DNA of 63,189 nt, the filler included. It is 7 parts of 7 records of this genome, joined end to end, with 100 filler letters (N's around TTAATTAATTAA, not from the genome) between each part and the next. Parts side by side here need not be neighbours in the genome. Positions count along the whole stretch, not along the records: positions 1 to 15,661 come from SRR22947727_136; 6 more parts are not named here. One strand, given 5' to 3'. Below the pieces are notes generated by a model. It made no database searches, was not told the origin of the DNA, and was given only the letters and a program-made list of their open reading frames with translations. This document shows positions 1 to 10,429 of this stretch, one piece after another; position 1 is the stretch's first letter, and each line of letters begins with the position of its first letter. The translations under genes and the position numbers were made by a program.

Positions 1-1
1 T

Positions 2-226
2 TCTCAAAAAAAATATAAACTTATTAAAGAGCAGTTAAATGAAATAGAAAATGAAAAAAGTCAAATCTCAAAAAAAATTGAAGATTTGACTGACTCATTA
101 TCTAAAACTAAGATAGTTACAAATGTTTTTGAAAAAAGAGACCAGAATTTAAATGAAAAAATTTCTAAAAAGATAGATGATATTGATTTAGGAAAAATGA
201 TTGAAAATATTTTTAACAAATCTTAG
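2..226 (+). CDS. Hypothetical coiled-coil protein, 3' end only
   Basis: Open frame from base 2 reads SQKKYKLIKEQLNEIENEKSQISKKIEDL...DLGKMIENIFNKS to TAG at 224-226; start lies outside the window. Confidence 0.7.
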   Translation, partial: SQKKYKLIKEQLNEIENEKSQISKKIEDLTDSLSKTKIVTNVFEKRDQNLNEKISKKIDDIDLGKMIENIFNKS

Positions 227-263
227 CATCCAATATTTTAGCTATTAATAAATAATTTTAATT

Positions 264-1394
264 TTAGTTAATATTTATTGTTTTACTGTCAATAAAAGCT
301 TTAAATTTATTTCTAAAACTTTTTCTTGAGAACTTTAATGAATTATTTTTAGAGTGAATAAATTTGAAACAACGATAATTTTTTTCAAACAAATTAATAC
401 TTTTAATAATAGAATTTGGTGTTTGTTTTTTAAAAAAAATGCCTGTTGCCTTTTTTTTTGGATAATTGACAACTGTATCTAAAGCACCACCTTTGCCATA
501 CGCTATAACAGGTGTACCACATGATTGAGCTTCAACAGGAACAATGCCAAAATCTTCCAAAGCAGCAAAAATAAAACATTTAGAGTTCTGCATATTTTTA
601 ATTAATTCCTTTTGGTCTGCCCATCCGGTAACTTTAATATTTGAATTAGCCAAATTCTTATATTCTTTTAACTTTGGCCCATCTCCAATTACATGTAAAG
701 AATGTTGAGGCAATTTATTAAATGCTTTTATTATAATATCAATTTTTTTGTACGGCACTAATCGTGAGGCAGTTAAATAAAAATTTTTTTTTTTTATTTT
801 AAATATAAATTTATCTGTATCTACAGGAGGATGTATGACCGTTGAAGTCCTGTTGTAAATTTTTTTAATTCTTTTTTTAAGATATTCTGAATTAGCAATA
901 AAATGATCTACATTTTTATTTGAATTAATATCCCAGGTTTTGATCATGTTTAGGATGATTTTTAGTAAATTTTTTAAAAAAAAATTTTTAATACCATAAT
1001 AATCCTTGATATATTCATTCATCATTACATGTGCATATCTTACAGGTGTATGACAATAAGAGATATGAATTTGTTTTTTATTTTTTATAATATTTTTAGC
1101 AAAAGAGTGAGAGTTAGAAATAATTATGTCGTAATTATTAAAATCTAAGAATCTTAAAGCTAATGGCATTAAGACAAAATAAAATCTAAATATTTTTTTT
1201 GCAAAAGGTAGATATTGAATAAACGAATATTTTATTTTACGATTTTTAAGAAATTTACGATCCTTTTTTTTCATGAAATCTGCTAATAAAAACAAATCAG
1301 AATTTGGATAAATCAATAAAAGATCCTCAAGAACTTTTTCTGCACCACCTTTTTTTTCTAGCCAATCATGAATTATTGCTATTTTTTTACTCAT
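264..1394 (-). CDS. Glycosyltransferase family 4 (WbaZ-like, probable mannosyltransferase)
   Basis: HDWL..GGAEKV N-terminus, YCHTPVRY, SRLVPYK, EDFGIVPVEAQSCGTPVI (EX7E) motif. Confidence 0.92.
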   Translation of the reverse strand: MSKKIAIIHDWLEKKGGAEKVLEDLLLIYPNSDLFLLADFMKKKDRKFLKNRKIKYSFIQYLPFAKKIFRFYFVLMPLALRFLDFNNYDIIISNSHSFAKNIIKNKKQIHISYCHTPVRYAHVMMNEYIKDYYGIKNFFLKNLLKIILNMIKTWDINSNKNVDHFIANSEYLKKRIKKIYNRTSTVIHPPVDTDKFIFKIKKKNFYLTASRLVPYKKIDIIIKAFNKLPQHSLHVIGDGPKLKEYKNLANSNIKVTGWADQKELIKNMQNSKCFIFAALEDFGIVPVEAQSCGTPVIAYGKGGALDTVVNYPKKKATGIFFKKQTPNSIIKSINLFEKNYRCFKFIHSKNNSLKFSRKSFRNKFKAFIDSKTININ

Positions 1395-2598
1395 TATATT
1401 TTTTTATCATACTAGAGATTAACTTAATAAATAAAGATGTTGCAATGTAGTATCCTATTGGACCAGAACTAAAAACATTAAAAATTGGACAATATAATAA
1501 ACATAAACTTAATGTGATTACAGCAAATAACCATAGTTCATCTCCATCATTTAATTTTTTAAAAGGAACTGAAATAATAAAAAAAATAATAAAAATAAAT
1601 ATAGGAGAAAAAAATTTGAAATCTCTAAAAAATGTTCCTGCAAAAGTTTGATAAATACCAGATCTGTAGTTATCAAGTGAATTTGTTTCAAAAACTTGGA
1701 AAAAAACATTTAAAAATTTAATAGGTAGCCATAATAAATTTTTACCAAAATCATAATATATGTTTGAGTTTTCAATCATATACATGAATTCAAAAATTCC
1801 ATGAATTAAATATATATAAATGTGAAGTAATGATGTTGTAAAAAAATTTAAATTATATAATTCAAACATATCAATTATAGGTTTTACGGTAAAAACATAT
1901 CCAGAAAAAAATAAACTATTTGATAAATCAGAACCGTATCCACCAATTTTAAGATTAAAATAATATCCAGAGAAAAAAATTATTAATATTGAAAAAATTA
2001 AAATAACTAACTTGTTCAATCTATAATAAAAACTATATGCAAAAATTTGAATTAATAGTGATGAAATTAATTGAATTCTAGAACCGACTGTAATAATTAA
2101 AATTAAGTAAATTATTAAAAGTAAAATACATATTTTCAAGTATTTTCGATCTTTATAATAATAATTTTTTTGAAGATAGGTGGGGATTAAAAAAATACAA
2201 AATGTATTTGTAATTGCTGCAATAACAGAAAATATAGATGTACTTGACTCAGTCCATCTAATATAATTACTGGTAATATCGAAAGTAAAACTAAGACCCC
2301 TTATAAAAAACCACTCATAAACAGTCACTACTAATCCGATGATTGATACTTTTATTAATATAGATAGTAGTAAATTATATTTTTCTTGAGATAATATATT
2401 TTTAATTTTTTTTTTTTTTTCAAATGAATTTCCACCTAATTTTAATCCTAAAAATGCTGATAAAAAACAAATAAATGTAAAAAAATATGTACTAAGATAA
2501 TATTTAAAACCTAACTCATAAAAGGGTAATATCAATAACATTAAAATAATTAAAGATGAATATAAAAAAATTTTATGAGGGAAATATAATAATTTCAT
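1387..2598 (-). CDS. wzy: Putative O-antigen/polysaccharide polymerase (Wzy)
   Basis: 403 aa, about 10 hydrophobic segments, GSR motif, late T..G.FFRDF segment; located among glycan genes. Confidence 0.7.
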   Translation of the reverse strand: MKLLYFPHKIFLYSSLIILMLLILPFYELGFKYYLSTYFFTFICFLSAFLGLKLGGNSFEKKKKIKNILSQEKYNLLLSILIKVSIIGLVVTVYEWFFIRGLSFTFDITSNYIRWTESSTSIFSVIAAITNTFCIFLIPTYLQKNYYYKDRKYLKICILLLIIYLILIITVGSRIQLISSLLIQIFAYSFYYRLNKLVILIFSILIIFFSGYYFNLKIGGYGSDLSNSLFFSGYVFTVKPIIDMFELYNLNFFTTSLLHIYIYLIHGIFEFMYMIENSNIYYDFGKNLLWLPIKFLNVFFQVFETNSLDNYRSGIYQTFAGTFFRDFKFFSPIFIFIIFFIISVPFKKLNDGDELWLFAVITLSLCLLYCPIFNVFSSGPIGYYIATSLFIKLISSMIKKYNE

Positions 2599-3371
2599 GA
2601 ATTTCTTATAAATGCAAAGTTAAGACTTTCTTTTCCATTTAGAACATAATTATTCTTTGACAAAAAATTTTTTATTTTTTTTGAGTTTTTAAAACTTGGA
2701 TTTATCTCTATTACAATTACATCAGGTAAAAATTTTTTTTTAATGTTTTTAAATAGATCTTTCAATACTTCATATTCTTGTCCTTCAATATCCATTTTAA
2801 TTGCAGCTATTTTTTTATTTATTCTTTTATTAAACCAACCGCTTAAAGTAATAGTTTTTTTAGCCGATTTTCTGGTATTAATTTTAATGAAACTAGATCC
2901 TCTATTTTTTAAATTAGGAACAAAAGTATATGAAAGTTTATGTCCTGATACAGCTTGATCAATAATTTTTATAAATTTTGATAAATTATTAATTTTGATA
3001 TTTTCTTTTATAATTTTAATTGAAAACGGATCAATTTCAAATGCATAAGATTTTGATATTTTTTTTAAATCTTGGTAGATTTTTAAAGCATAAAAACCAC
3101 TATGAGACCCTAAATCAATAAAAATTCCCTTATGTTTTACATTTTTATTAATTGTTGCTAACATTTTTTTTTCTATTATTCTTGGATATAGAGCTATTCC
3201 AGTCTGATGTAATGATTTAGATGGATATAGCTTGAAATTTAAATTTTTAATTTTCAAATAAAACGGTCTTTCTATTTGTCTAAATAATATCATTAGAGGT
3301 TTACATATCATTCTAAAAAATTTAATTTCATATGGTAAAAAATTAATTATATTTTTTATTAGGTTTCTCAT
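2595..3371 (-). CDS. FkbM-family SAM methyltransferase
   Basis: FIDLGSHSGFY, AFEID and IKMDIEGQE motifs. Confidence 0.88.
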   Translation of the reverse strand: MRNLIKNIINFLPYEIKFFRMICKPLMILFRQIERPFYLKIKNLNFKLYPSKSLHQTGIALYPRIIEKKMLATINKNVKHKGIFIDLGSHSGFYALKIYQDLKKISKSYAFEIDPFSIKIIKENIKINNLSKFIKIIDQAVSGHKLSYTFVPNLKNRGSSFIKINTRKSAKKTITLSGWFNKRINKKIAAIKMDIEGQEYEVLKDLFKNIKKKFLPDVIVIEINPSFKNSKKIKNFLSKNNYVLNGKESLNFAFIRNS

Positions 3372-3382
3372 TATGTTTGGTT

Positions 3383-4351
3383 TTATTTTAGTGCAATGCT
3401 AATTTGCAAGGTTTCTCTTGTTCCGTCAGTGACAATGCCACCTCTATGTATACCGAGTGGATCAAATACAATTATGGTTCCTGCATCTCCAATTATTTTT
3501 TCCTCATTAGATAAGAGAAAATTAGATAAAGGAGAATTTTTTGGAATGTCGCTACCAAAATCAGATTTTATCTGAAGCATTTTAGGAAGTGATATAAATT
3601 TTTGTTTTGTCTTTTCATCTCTAAAAAAAAGACCCAAGTTATCTACTGCTCCACCTACGTAACTATTTAGATTTGGTTTACCACCTAAATGTGACTTTTT
3701 ACAAAATCCAGTTGGTCCGTTACTTTCATTTTTTACGTCTGTTAAGTACATAAGTATTTTTATTTGTCCAATTACTGCATCACGATGCATGTACTCACAA
3801 GGAAATTCATTTTGTCTTAACACTCTTTCTTTTGCATAACCATCACTTGCAGATATACACTGTAAAGTAATCTTATTTACTTTCGGTAATTTTTTTAGAC
3901 TTTTATATTTTGAAATTGATTTTAAACCTTTAATAAAATTATCATCAGAAAGGAGGACACCTTTTAATTTAAATAGATCATGCTTATTCAGTATAGAAAT
4001 AGTTTTATCAAAGTCATTAACATTATTCTCAATAGAATTTTTTTTATGTTTTTCGATAAGTGGATTTAAAATTTTCTTAATTTCTAATAAGCTAATTATT
4101 GAAATTTTAGATATCTCATAACCAGTATTTTTTAACTCACTGGTCTCAACTGTTTTTTTATCGTTGATTTTGAATATAGTTTTAAAAAATCCCCAAGGAT
4201 CATACTTAAGTTGTCTTATCAATATCCAAAAAACTCTTAAAATAACAGAAATTGATTGAATAAATTTTTGAGATAAACTTTTTCTTAATTTATTATATTC
4301 CGGTAAATCTTCGTAATTAATTTTTATATTATTAAAAGTTAAATTTTTCAT
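3383..4351 (-). CDS. Putative Fe(II)/2-oxoglutarate dioxygenase (PhyH-like)
   Basis: MHRD (HxD), IKILMYLTDV..NGPT, SH, GDAGTIIVFD..GIHRG and a distal Arg match the PhyH jelly-roll pattern. Confidence 0.7.
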   Translation of the reverse strand: MKNLTFNNIKINYEDLPEYNKLRKSLSQKFIQSISVILRVFWILIRQLKYDPWGFFKTIFKINDKKTVETSELKNTGYEISKISIISLLEIKKILNPLIEKHKKNSIENNVNDFDKTISILNKHDLFKLKGVLLSDDNFIKGLKSISKYKSLKKLPKVNKITLQCISASDGYAKERVLRQNEFPCEYMHRDAVIGQIKILMYLTDVKNESNGPTGFCKKSHLGGKPNLNSYVGGAVDNLGLFFRDEKTKQKFISLPKMLQIKSDFGSDIPKNSPLSNFLLSNEEKIIGDAGTIIVFDPLGIHRGGIVTDGTRETLQISIALK

Positions 4352-4546
4352 AATTTAAAAATATTAAATTAAAATCAATATACAGACATCTTTGTTCTTA
4401 ATATACTTTATTTCTCAAATATTTATTTGTGGATTTATTTCAATATAACATTTTTAACAACCATTAATCAAATTCTCTATAATGAATAAATTCAATATAA
4501 ATACACATTGATTTGCAAATGTTTAGAATTTAATTCATGATAAAAG

Positions 4547-5473
4547 TTATTCAATATTGATAATTATATCTCCAACTGTTGATTTATTAAAATCAATTTC
4601 CTCTAATGATGTAAAATTACCTGATAATATCATTGCGATTCCCTTAAAAACTTTTGGCCAGGTTTTCTTATAAGGAATTATATTTTTTAATTCTTTAATA
4701 ACTATTTTTCTATTTTTAAAATAATTTTTAATTGATATAAAATCCAAATTATCATCCCAATTTTCAAATATAATATCAACATTTATGTTTTTTGGTAATG
4801 CTTTAGATATACTCTCCAATATTGATTGTTCCATACCCTCAACGTCAATTTTAATAACCCCATTTATTAGATTATTACTTGAAAGATCTTTAAATAGTTC
4901 ACTTAAATTATTTGATCCATTACAAACTTTAACATTTTCGATTATATAATTTTTTTTGTCTAAATTGATAAACCCATCTTTTTTTGCAAGTACGTCGTCA
5001 CTATAAAAATTATCCCTACTTCTAATAAATGCTCCACCCCAATTTTTTTTTGGTATCCAAAGTTCGAGATCTTCGTCTTGTGTCCCAAGTCCAAATTCAT
5101 AAATTTTTACATTTAATTTATTTAATGAAATTGCAGTATTAACTTTTAGTATATGACAACACAGTGGATTTGGTTCATAACAAATAACTTTCTTGAAATC
5201 ATTACCAGTTTGACAAGATATTAAACCTATATTTGCACCAATATCTATTAAAAAATCTGACTTATTATTTTGGGTTGCGCTAAATTTTATGTAATTACTT
5301 ACTGCAGCTTCATGCAAACCTTCTATTTGAGGAGCTATAGACAATCTATCACTTCCTCTTACATATAAATTATTACTTTTAGTAGTTGCTGTACGAAAAA
5401 AAATATATTTAATTATATTCTTAATTACCGTTAGGGGGTTTTGTGAAAAAGTATATTGCTTTTGATCTTTCAT
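4547..5473 (-). CDS. FkbM-family SAM methyltransferase
   Basis: LIDIGANIG, YEPNP and IKIDVEGME motifs. Confidence 0.9.
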   Translation of the reverse strand: MKDQKQYTFSQNPLTVIKNIIKYIFFRTATTKSNNLYVRGSDRLSIAPQIEGLHEAAVSNYIKFSATQNNKSDFLIDIGANIGLISCQTGNDFKKVICYEPNPLCCHILKVNTAISLNKLNVKIYEFGLGTQDEDLELWIPKKNWGGAFIRSRDNFYSDDVLAKKDGFINLDKKNYIIENVKVCNGSNNLSELFKDLSSNNLINGVIKIDVEGMEQSILESISKALPKNINVDIIFENWDDNLDFISIKNYFKNRKIVIKELKNIIPYKKTWPKVFKGIAMILSGNFTSLEEIDFNKSTVGDIIINIE

Positions 5474-6680
5474 TTTTTAAAAATAATTTTTTTGGTAATA
5501 TATCACTAATTAAAAATTTATACGAAGTCAAAATATAGTAAATCATTATAATAATATGAGTATAACTTAGATAAATTATATCTAAATCTAAATATTTAAA
5601 TAATACTAATGAAATAAAAAAAATAGATAAATATTGTATCAGAATTGTTTTATAAAATTTAATAGATTTTCTCGATCGTAAAAGAATTATTTGTATATAA
5701 TTTACAAATGATAACAAAAATATTTGAATAACAATCAATAAGTTAAATCTAATTGATATTAAATTAAATTTCTCAAATTTACTTAAATAAATATAAAGTA
5801 ACACAAAAAATAATGATGCTACAAATGTAAGCATGACAGTTAAAAAAATTAATTTAATTATTTTTAACCATCTTGATTTAAATATATCTCTGAAAAAAAA
5901 GGTAGAAAATAATTGATGTATAATAAATCCCAAAAAAGCAATTCTATAAGTATAAATGAAATCAAATTGCTGATCTTCTGGAAAATATTTAAAAAAAATT
6001 CTAGGGTATAGTGATATCAAAGATATGATAATACCAGAAATTAAAAGTCCATAAGATCTTTTATATATCTTAAAAGTTTCTTTAATGTGAAGTTTGTGTA
6101 AAATTTTTTGACCATAAAAGACAAAATGACAAACAATGTAGATCAAAGATAAAAAATAAAAGAAATTTTTTTGTAAAAAATTATATTGAAAATGAACTTT
6201 ATTATAAGAATAGAATATCAAAAATATTAATATTAATAGATATAAAAAACTCTCACCAGCGAGTCCTAAGATTTTTTTTTTATTAATTTTAAAGAGAGTC
6301 GTTGTAGAATGTGTAATTAATAAAATAATCAAAATATTGATTATATTTAATATTATATAATGACTCGTAAAAAATAAAATTGTTGAAACTAGGAAAAGAA
6401 GCAGTGATGAAACTTGAATGTGCCTATTTATTAAATCTTTATTAATTTTATTTTGGTTAATTACTGCTAATAAGCCAGTTATTCCAAAACTTGCAAAGGG
6501 TAATATCAAAGATGATATAGCAAAAATATTTTCTAAATTAACATATTGACTTGATGTAAGAAGATATGCACCAAGAAAAAAAACAATAAATGGTAATGCG
6601 CGTGCTAAACCAAAAATTAAAATAAATAATAGATTATAAGTTTTGAAAACTTTATTTTTAAAATTTCTCATATTTTTCAA
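5421..6680 (-). CDS. wzx: Putative polysaccharide flippase (Wzx)
   Basis: About 12 TM segments, 419 aa, MOP-like layout within a glycan cluster; exact start uncertain. Confidence 0.65.
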   Translation of the reverse strand: MKNMRNFKNKVFKTYNLLFILIFGLARALPFIVFFLGAYLLTSSQYVNLENIFAISSLILPFASFGITGLLAVINQNKINKDLINRHIQVSSLLLFLVSTILFFTSHYIILNIINILIILLITHSTTTLFKINKKKILGLAGESFLYLLILIFLIFYSYNKVHFQYNFLQKNFFYFLSLIYIVCHFVFYGQKILHKLHIKETFKIYKRSYGLLISGIIISLISLYPRIFFKYFPEDQQFDFIYTYRIAFLGFIIHQLFSTFFFRDIFKSRWLKIIKLIFLTVMLTFVASLFFVLLYIYLSKFEKFNLISIRFNLLIVIQIFLLSFVNYIQIILLRSRKSIKFYKTILIQYLSIFFISLVLFKYLDLDIIYLSYTHIIIMIYYILTSYKFLISDILPKKLFLKNERSKAIYFFTKPPNGN

Positions 6681-7986
6681 TGTGAGAAATAAATCTAGCC
6701 ATTAATTTGTAATTATTAAATTTTTTATAAGGATTAAAAAGATCAAAATGAACTGGAAAACTTGTTTTACATATTGATTTAAGTAATGAGATGGTATTGT
6801 TTTTATTATTTTTTTTAGTATTTTTTGTAAAATTATTTAATTTTTTTGCCACATCTGAGAGAGTGATTACTTTCGTAACACCTCTAAAATTTGAAAAAGG
6901 AGAATTAGATGTTACAAAAATATTTTTCCCAGAAAATATAGACTCAAAAATAATTGTTCCAGTAATAGAAAATACTGCATTACATTTATTTAACAAATAA
7001 TTCATGCTTATTGATGGTGGTATTAAAATTACATTAGAAATTCTTTTTATTCTTTTATATGTCCTTATATTCAATTCAAATTTAAATTTAGGATTAGCTT
7101 TTACCGCCAAAACATAATTTATTTTTTTCAACGATTTAGATAGTTCTAAAATTGTTTGTTCTTGATTTATATAAGGATAGCTCCAAACGTCTGTTGACAC
7201 TTCAGGCTGCATTTGTAAAGGAAATAAAATTACTTTTTTTTTTTCTAAAATATCAAAAGTTTTTGCTTTGTTGATATATGAGTCAAATCCCCATTTTGCT
7301 TTAAGATATGATCTTTCTAAACGTGAACTTACAAATTTTATTGGACTAGGTGTATTGAATTTTTCACCAAATATATATGAAAAAAAAACATAAAACTGAA
7401 AATATAAATTTTTAAACTTTTGTAAAAAATTAGTTTTTTTCATATAATCTAATTCGTATTTATTATTGTTTATTAAATTTGCTATTTTTTTAATTTTTAA
7501 ATTATTGGTAGGTATTTTTTTGTTTAATATTGGATTTAAAGTATTATATTTATAAAAGCTAGTTCTATACTTTGGATATCTTGTGTGACCTGGAAACATG
7601 TATCTAATTTTTATTTTTTTTGAAATATCAATAACCATTAATTCATGAAATAAATCAGCTTCTCCAATTATTAAGGAAGGATTCACTTTTTTAATTATTT
7701 TTTCTATTTCTTTATAATAATATTGGTAATGATCCGTCTTGTTATGATAAAATCTTCTTCCTCTATCGCTATCGTAAATTGCTCTAAATATTTTTTTAGT
7801 ATTTAAATTATATAAATTTTTTTGAGAAGGATATTTAATTATATGATTAACACCAGTTTTAGGAACAAATAAGTTATTTTGAACTAACCAATGTATTTCG
7901 TATTTTTTTGATAATTGTTCTGCTACTTTATCATAATAAAAAATTGCTCTTCTATTTTCTATAAATAACAATTTTTTTTTCATCAT
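6658..7986 (-). CDS. Capsule polysaccharide biosynthesis protein (KpsS/KpsC-like glycosyltransferase)
   Basis: FPLQMQPE.STD, VKANP and SITGTIIFES motifs typical of the Capsule_synth family. Confidence 0.7.
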   Translation of the reverse strand: MMKKKLLFIENRRAIFYYDKVAEQLSKKYEIHWLVQNNLFVPKTGVNHIIKYPSQKNLYNLNTKKIFRAIYDSDRGRRFYHNKTDHYQYYYKEIEKIIKKVNPSLIIGEADLFHELMVIDISKKIKIRYMFPGHTRYPKYRTSFYKYNTLNPILNKKIPTNNLKIKKIANLINNNKYELDYMKKTNFLQKFKNLYFQFYVFFSYIFGEKFNTPSPIKFVSSRLERSYLKAKWGFDSYINKAKTFDILEKKKVILFPLQMQPEVSTDVWSYPYINQEQTILELSKSLKKINYVLAVKANPKFKFELNIRTYKRIKRISNVILIPPSISMNYLLNKCNAVFSITGTIIFESIFSGKNIFVTSNSPFSNFRGVTKVITLSDVAKKLNNFTKNTKKNNKNNTISLLKSICKTSFPVHFDLFNPYKKFNNYKLMARFISHIEKYEKF

Positions 7987-8054
7987 TAAGATATAATATT
8001 CACAATAAATAGATTATTAAATTTATTTATTACAATAAATTGATATAAAAAAAA

Positions 8055-9188
8055 ATGATTAAAAAGAAAATCCTTATAGTTTTTGGTACAAGACCTGAAG
8101 CTATTAAGTTAGCACCCTTGATTCTTAAGCTTAAAACTAATAAAAAATTTTTAACAAAAATTTGTATTACATCTCAACATAAAAAGATGCTTCATCAAGT
8201 TTTAAAATTGTTTGAAATAAAACCTGATTATGATTTAGATATTATGAAAAAAGATCAAAATTTATCTCATATTACTGCTAATATTTTAAATAGATTTAAT
8301 TTTACGCTTGATAGATTTAAACCTGATCTAGTAATTGTTCATGGAGACACATCAACTACCATGGCTTGTTCACTGTCTGCATTTTATAAAAAAATTGATA
8401 TTGCTCATGTTGAAGCTGGTTTAAGAACTGGCAGTATGTATTCACCATATCCAGAAGAAATTAATAGAAAAGTTACTTCAAATTTAACTAAATTTCATTT
8501 TGCACCAACTTATAAAGCCAAAAAAAATCTCTTGGACGAGGGTTATAAAAAAAAAAATATTTTAATTACAGGGAACACCGTTATTGACTCTGTTTTATGG
8601 ATGAATAAAAAGATAAAATCAAAAAAAAAGATAAATGAAATTCTTGAAAAAAAATTCCCTTTTTTAAAAAAAAATAAAAAAAAAATCATTCTAGTTACAT
8701 GTCATCGTAGAGAGAATTTTGGTAAAAGTTTTGAAAATATTTGTAACTCAATTTTACAGATTTCAAAAAGAAATAAAAATTGTTTAATAGTTTATCCTAT
8801 TCATTTAAACCCAAATATTAAGATACCAGTTAATAGAATTTTAAATAATATTGATAATATCTTATTGTTAGATCCGCTTAACTACATGGAGTTTATTTTT
8901 TTAATGAAAAAGTCACACCTAATTTTGACAGACTCAGGTGGAATTCAAGAAGAAGCACCAACTCTTAATAAACCAGTTTTAATAATGAGGGATCATACTG
9001 AAAGGCCAGAGGCAATTAGAGCAGGTACATCAAAAATGGTTGGAACTAAACCTAAAAGAATTATATACGAAGTTGAAAAACTTCTCAAAAATAATTTAAT
9101 ATATTCAAATATGTCTAAAATTAAAAATCCTTTTGGTGATGGAAATGCTTCAAAAAAAATTATTCAATATTTAGAAAAATATATTTAA
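8055..9188 (+). CDS. wecB: UDP-N-acetylglucosamine 2-epimerase (non-hydrolysing)
   Basis: FGTRPEAIK, HGDT, HVEAGLR, PEE.NR, TDSGGIQEEAP, ERPE. Confidence 0.97.
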   Translation: MIKKKILIVFGTRPEAIKLAPLILKLKTNKKFLTKICITSQHKKMLHQVLKLFEIKPDYDLDIMKKDQNLSHITANILNRFNFTLDRFKPDLVIVHGDTSTTMACSLSAFYKKIDIAHVEAGLRTGSMYSPYPEEINRKVTSNLTKFHFAPTYKAKKNLLDEGYKKKNILITGNTVIDSVLWMNKKIKSKKKINEILEKKFPFLKKNKKKIILVTCHRRENFGKSFENICNSILQISKRNKNCLIVYPIHLNPNIKIPVNRILNNIDNILLLDPLNYMEFIFLMKKSHLILTDSGGIQEEAPTLNKPVLIMRDHTERPEAIRAGTSKMVGTKPKRIIYEVEKLLKNNLIYSNMSKIKNPFGDGNASKKIIQYLEKYI

Positions 9189-10429
9189 TGAAAACAATTT
9201 CTATAATAGGTCTTGGGTATATTGGCATGCCTTTAGCGGTAATGTTAGCAGATAAAAATAAAAAGATTTATGGATATGATTCAGATTTAAAAGTTATTGA
9301 AGATATTAAAAAAAATAAAATTAAGATAAAAGAATCTGATTTTTTACAAAAATTTAATAACCAGAAAATTAAACGTAATTTTATTCCATTAAATAAAATA
9401 ATAAAATCTGATGTTTATATTATAGCAGTTCCAACTCCATTTAATGAAAAAACACTTAAACCTGTTATTTCTGCTGTAAAAAATTCTATCTTTAAGATTT
9501 TAAATTTATTAGAACCAAATAATTTGATTATAATAGAGTCCACTTGTCCTGTAGGAACTACAGAGTTAATTGAAAAACTAATATATAAAAAAAGAATTGA
9601 TTTAAAAAAAAATTCTATAAACATAGCTTATTGTCCCGAAAGGATATTACCTGGCAATACATTGAATGAATTAATTTATAACGATAGGATTATTGGAGGT
9701 ATTAATAACAAAAGCTCATTATATGCTAAAAAAATTTATAAATTATTTGTCAAGGGAAATTTAAAAATTACTGACGCAAAAACAGCTGAAATGTGTAAAT
9801 TGGTTGAAAATACTTATAGAGATATAAACATAGCTTATGCAAATGAACTATCAATGATTTCTAATAAACTTGGAATAAATGTTTGGAAATTAATTGATTT
9901 AGCCAATCTTCATCCTAGAGTTAACATTTTGAAACCAGGACCAGGTGTTGGTGGACACTGTATAGCTGTTGATCCATGGTTTTTAATTAGTCAAAACGTT
10001 AAATTATCAAAATTAATATATACAGCTCGTAAAATAAATAATGATAAAACTAACTGGGTTATTGATAATATTAATAAAAAAATTAGATTTTTAGAAAAAA
10101 AAAAAAATAATTTTAAAAAAATTACCGTAAGTTTTTTTGGTGCAACATATAAACCAAACTCTGAAGATTTAAGAGAAAGCCCATCAATTAAAATTATTAA
10201 TCACTTTTTAAGTATGAAAAAATTAAATACCTCTGTTGTTGAACCAAATATTGACCAAAAATCTTTTAAACATCTTAATTTGACAAATACTAAAAATGCG
10301 ATAAAAAAATCTGATATAGTTGTGATCTTGGTAAATCATAAAGAGTTTAAAAATTTAAAAATCTTCAATAAAAATAATACAAAAACGGAAATACTAGATA
10401 TTTCAGGTTTGCATAATTCTTTAAAATAA
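9188..10429 (+). CDS. wecC: UDP-N-acetylmannosamine dehydrogenase
   Basis: GLGYIG, AVPTP, ESTCPVGTT, CPERILPG, KLVENTYRD, PGPGVGGHC; translationally coupled to wecB. Confidence 0.93.
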   Translation: MKTISIIGLGYIGMPLAVMLADKNKKIYGYDSDLKVIEDIKKNKIKIKESDFLQKFNNQKIKRNFIPLNKIIKSDVYIIAVPTPFNEKTLKPVISAVKNSIFKILNLLEPNNLIIIESTCPVGTTELIEKLIYKKRIDLKKNSINIAYCPERILPGNTLNELIYNDRIIGGINNKSSLYAKKIYKLFVKGNLKITDAKTAEMCKLVENTYRDINIAYANELSMISNKLGINVWKLIDLANLHPRVNILKPGPGVGGHCIAVDPWFLISQNVKLSKLIYTARKINNDKTNWVIDNINKKIRFLEKKKNNFKKITVSFFGATYKPNSEDLRESPSIKIINHFLSMKKLNTSVVEPNIDQKSFKHLNLTNTKNAIKKSDIVVILVNHKEFKNLKIFNKNNTKTEILDISGLHNSLK

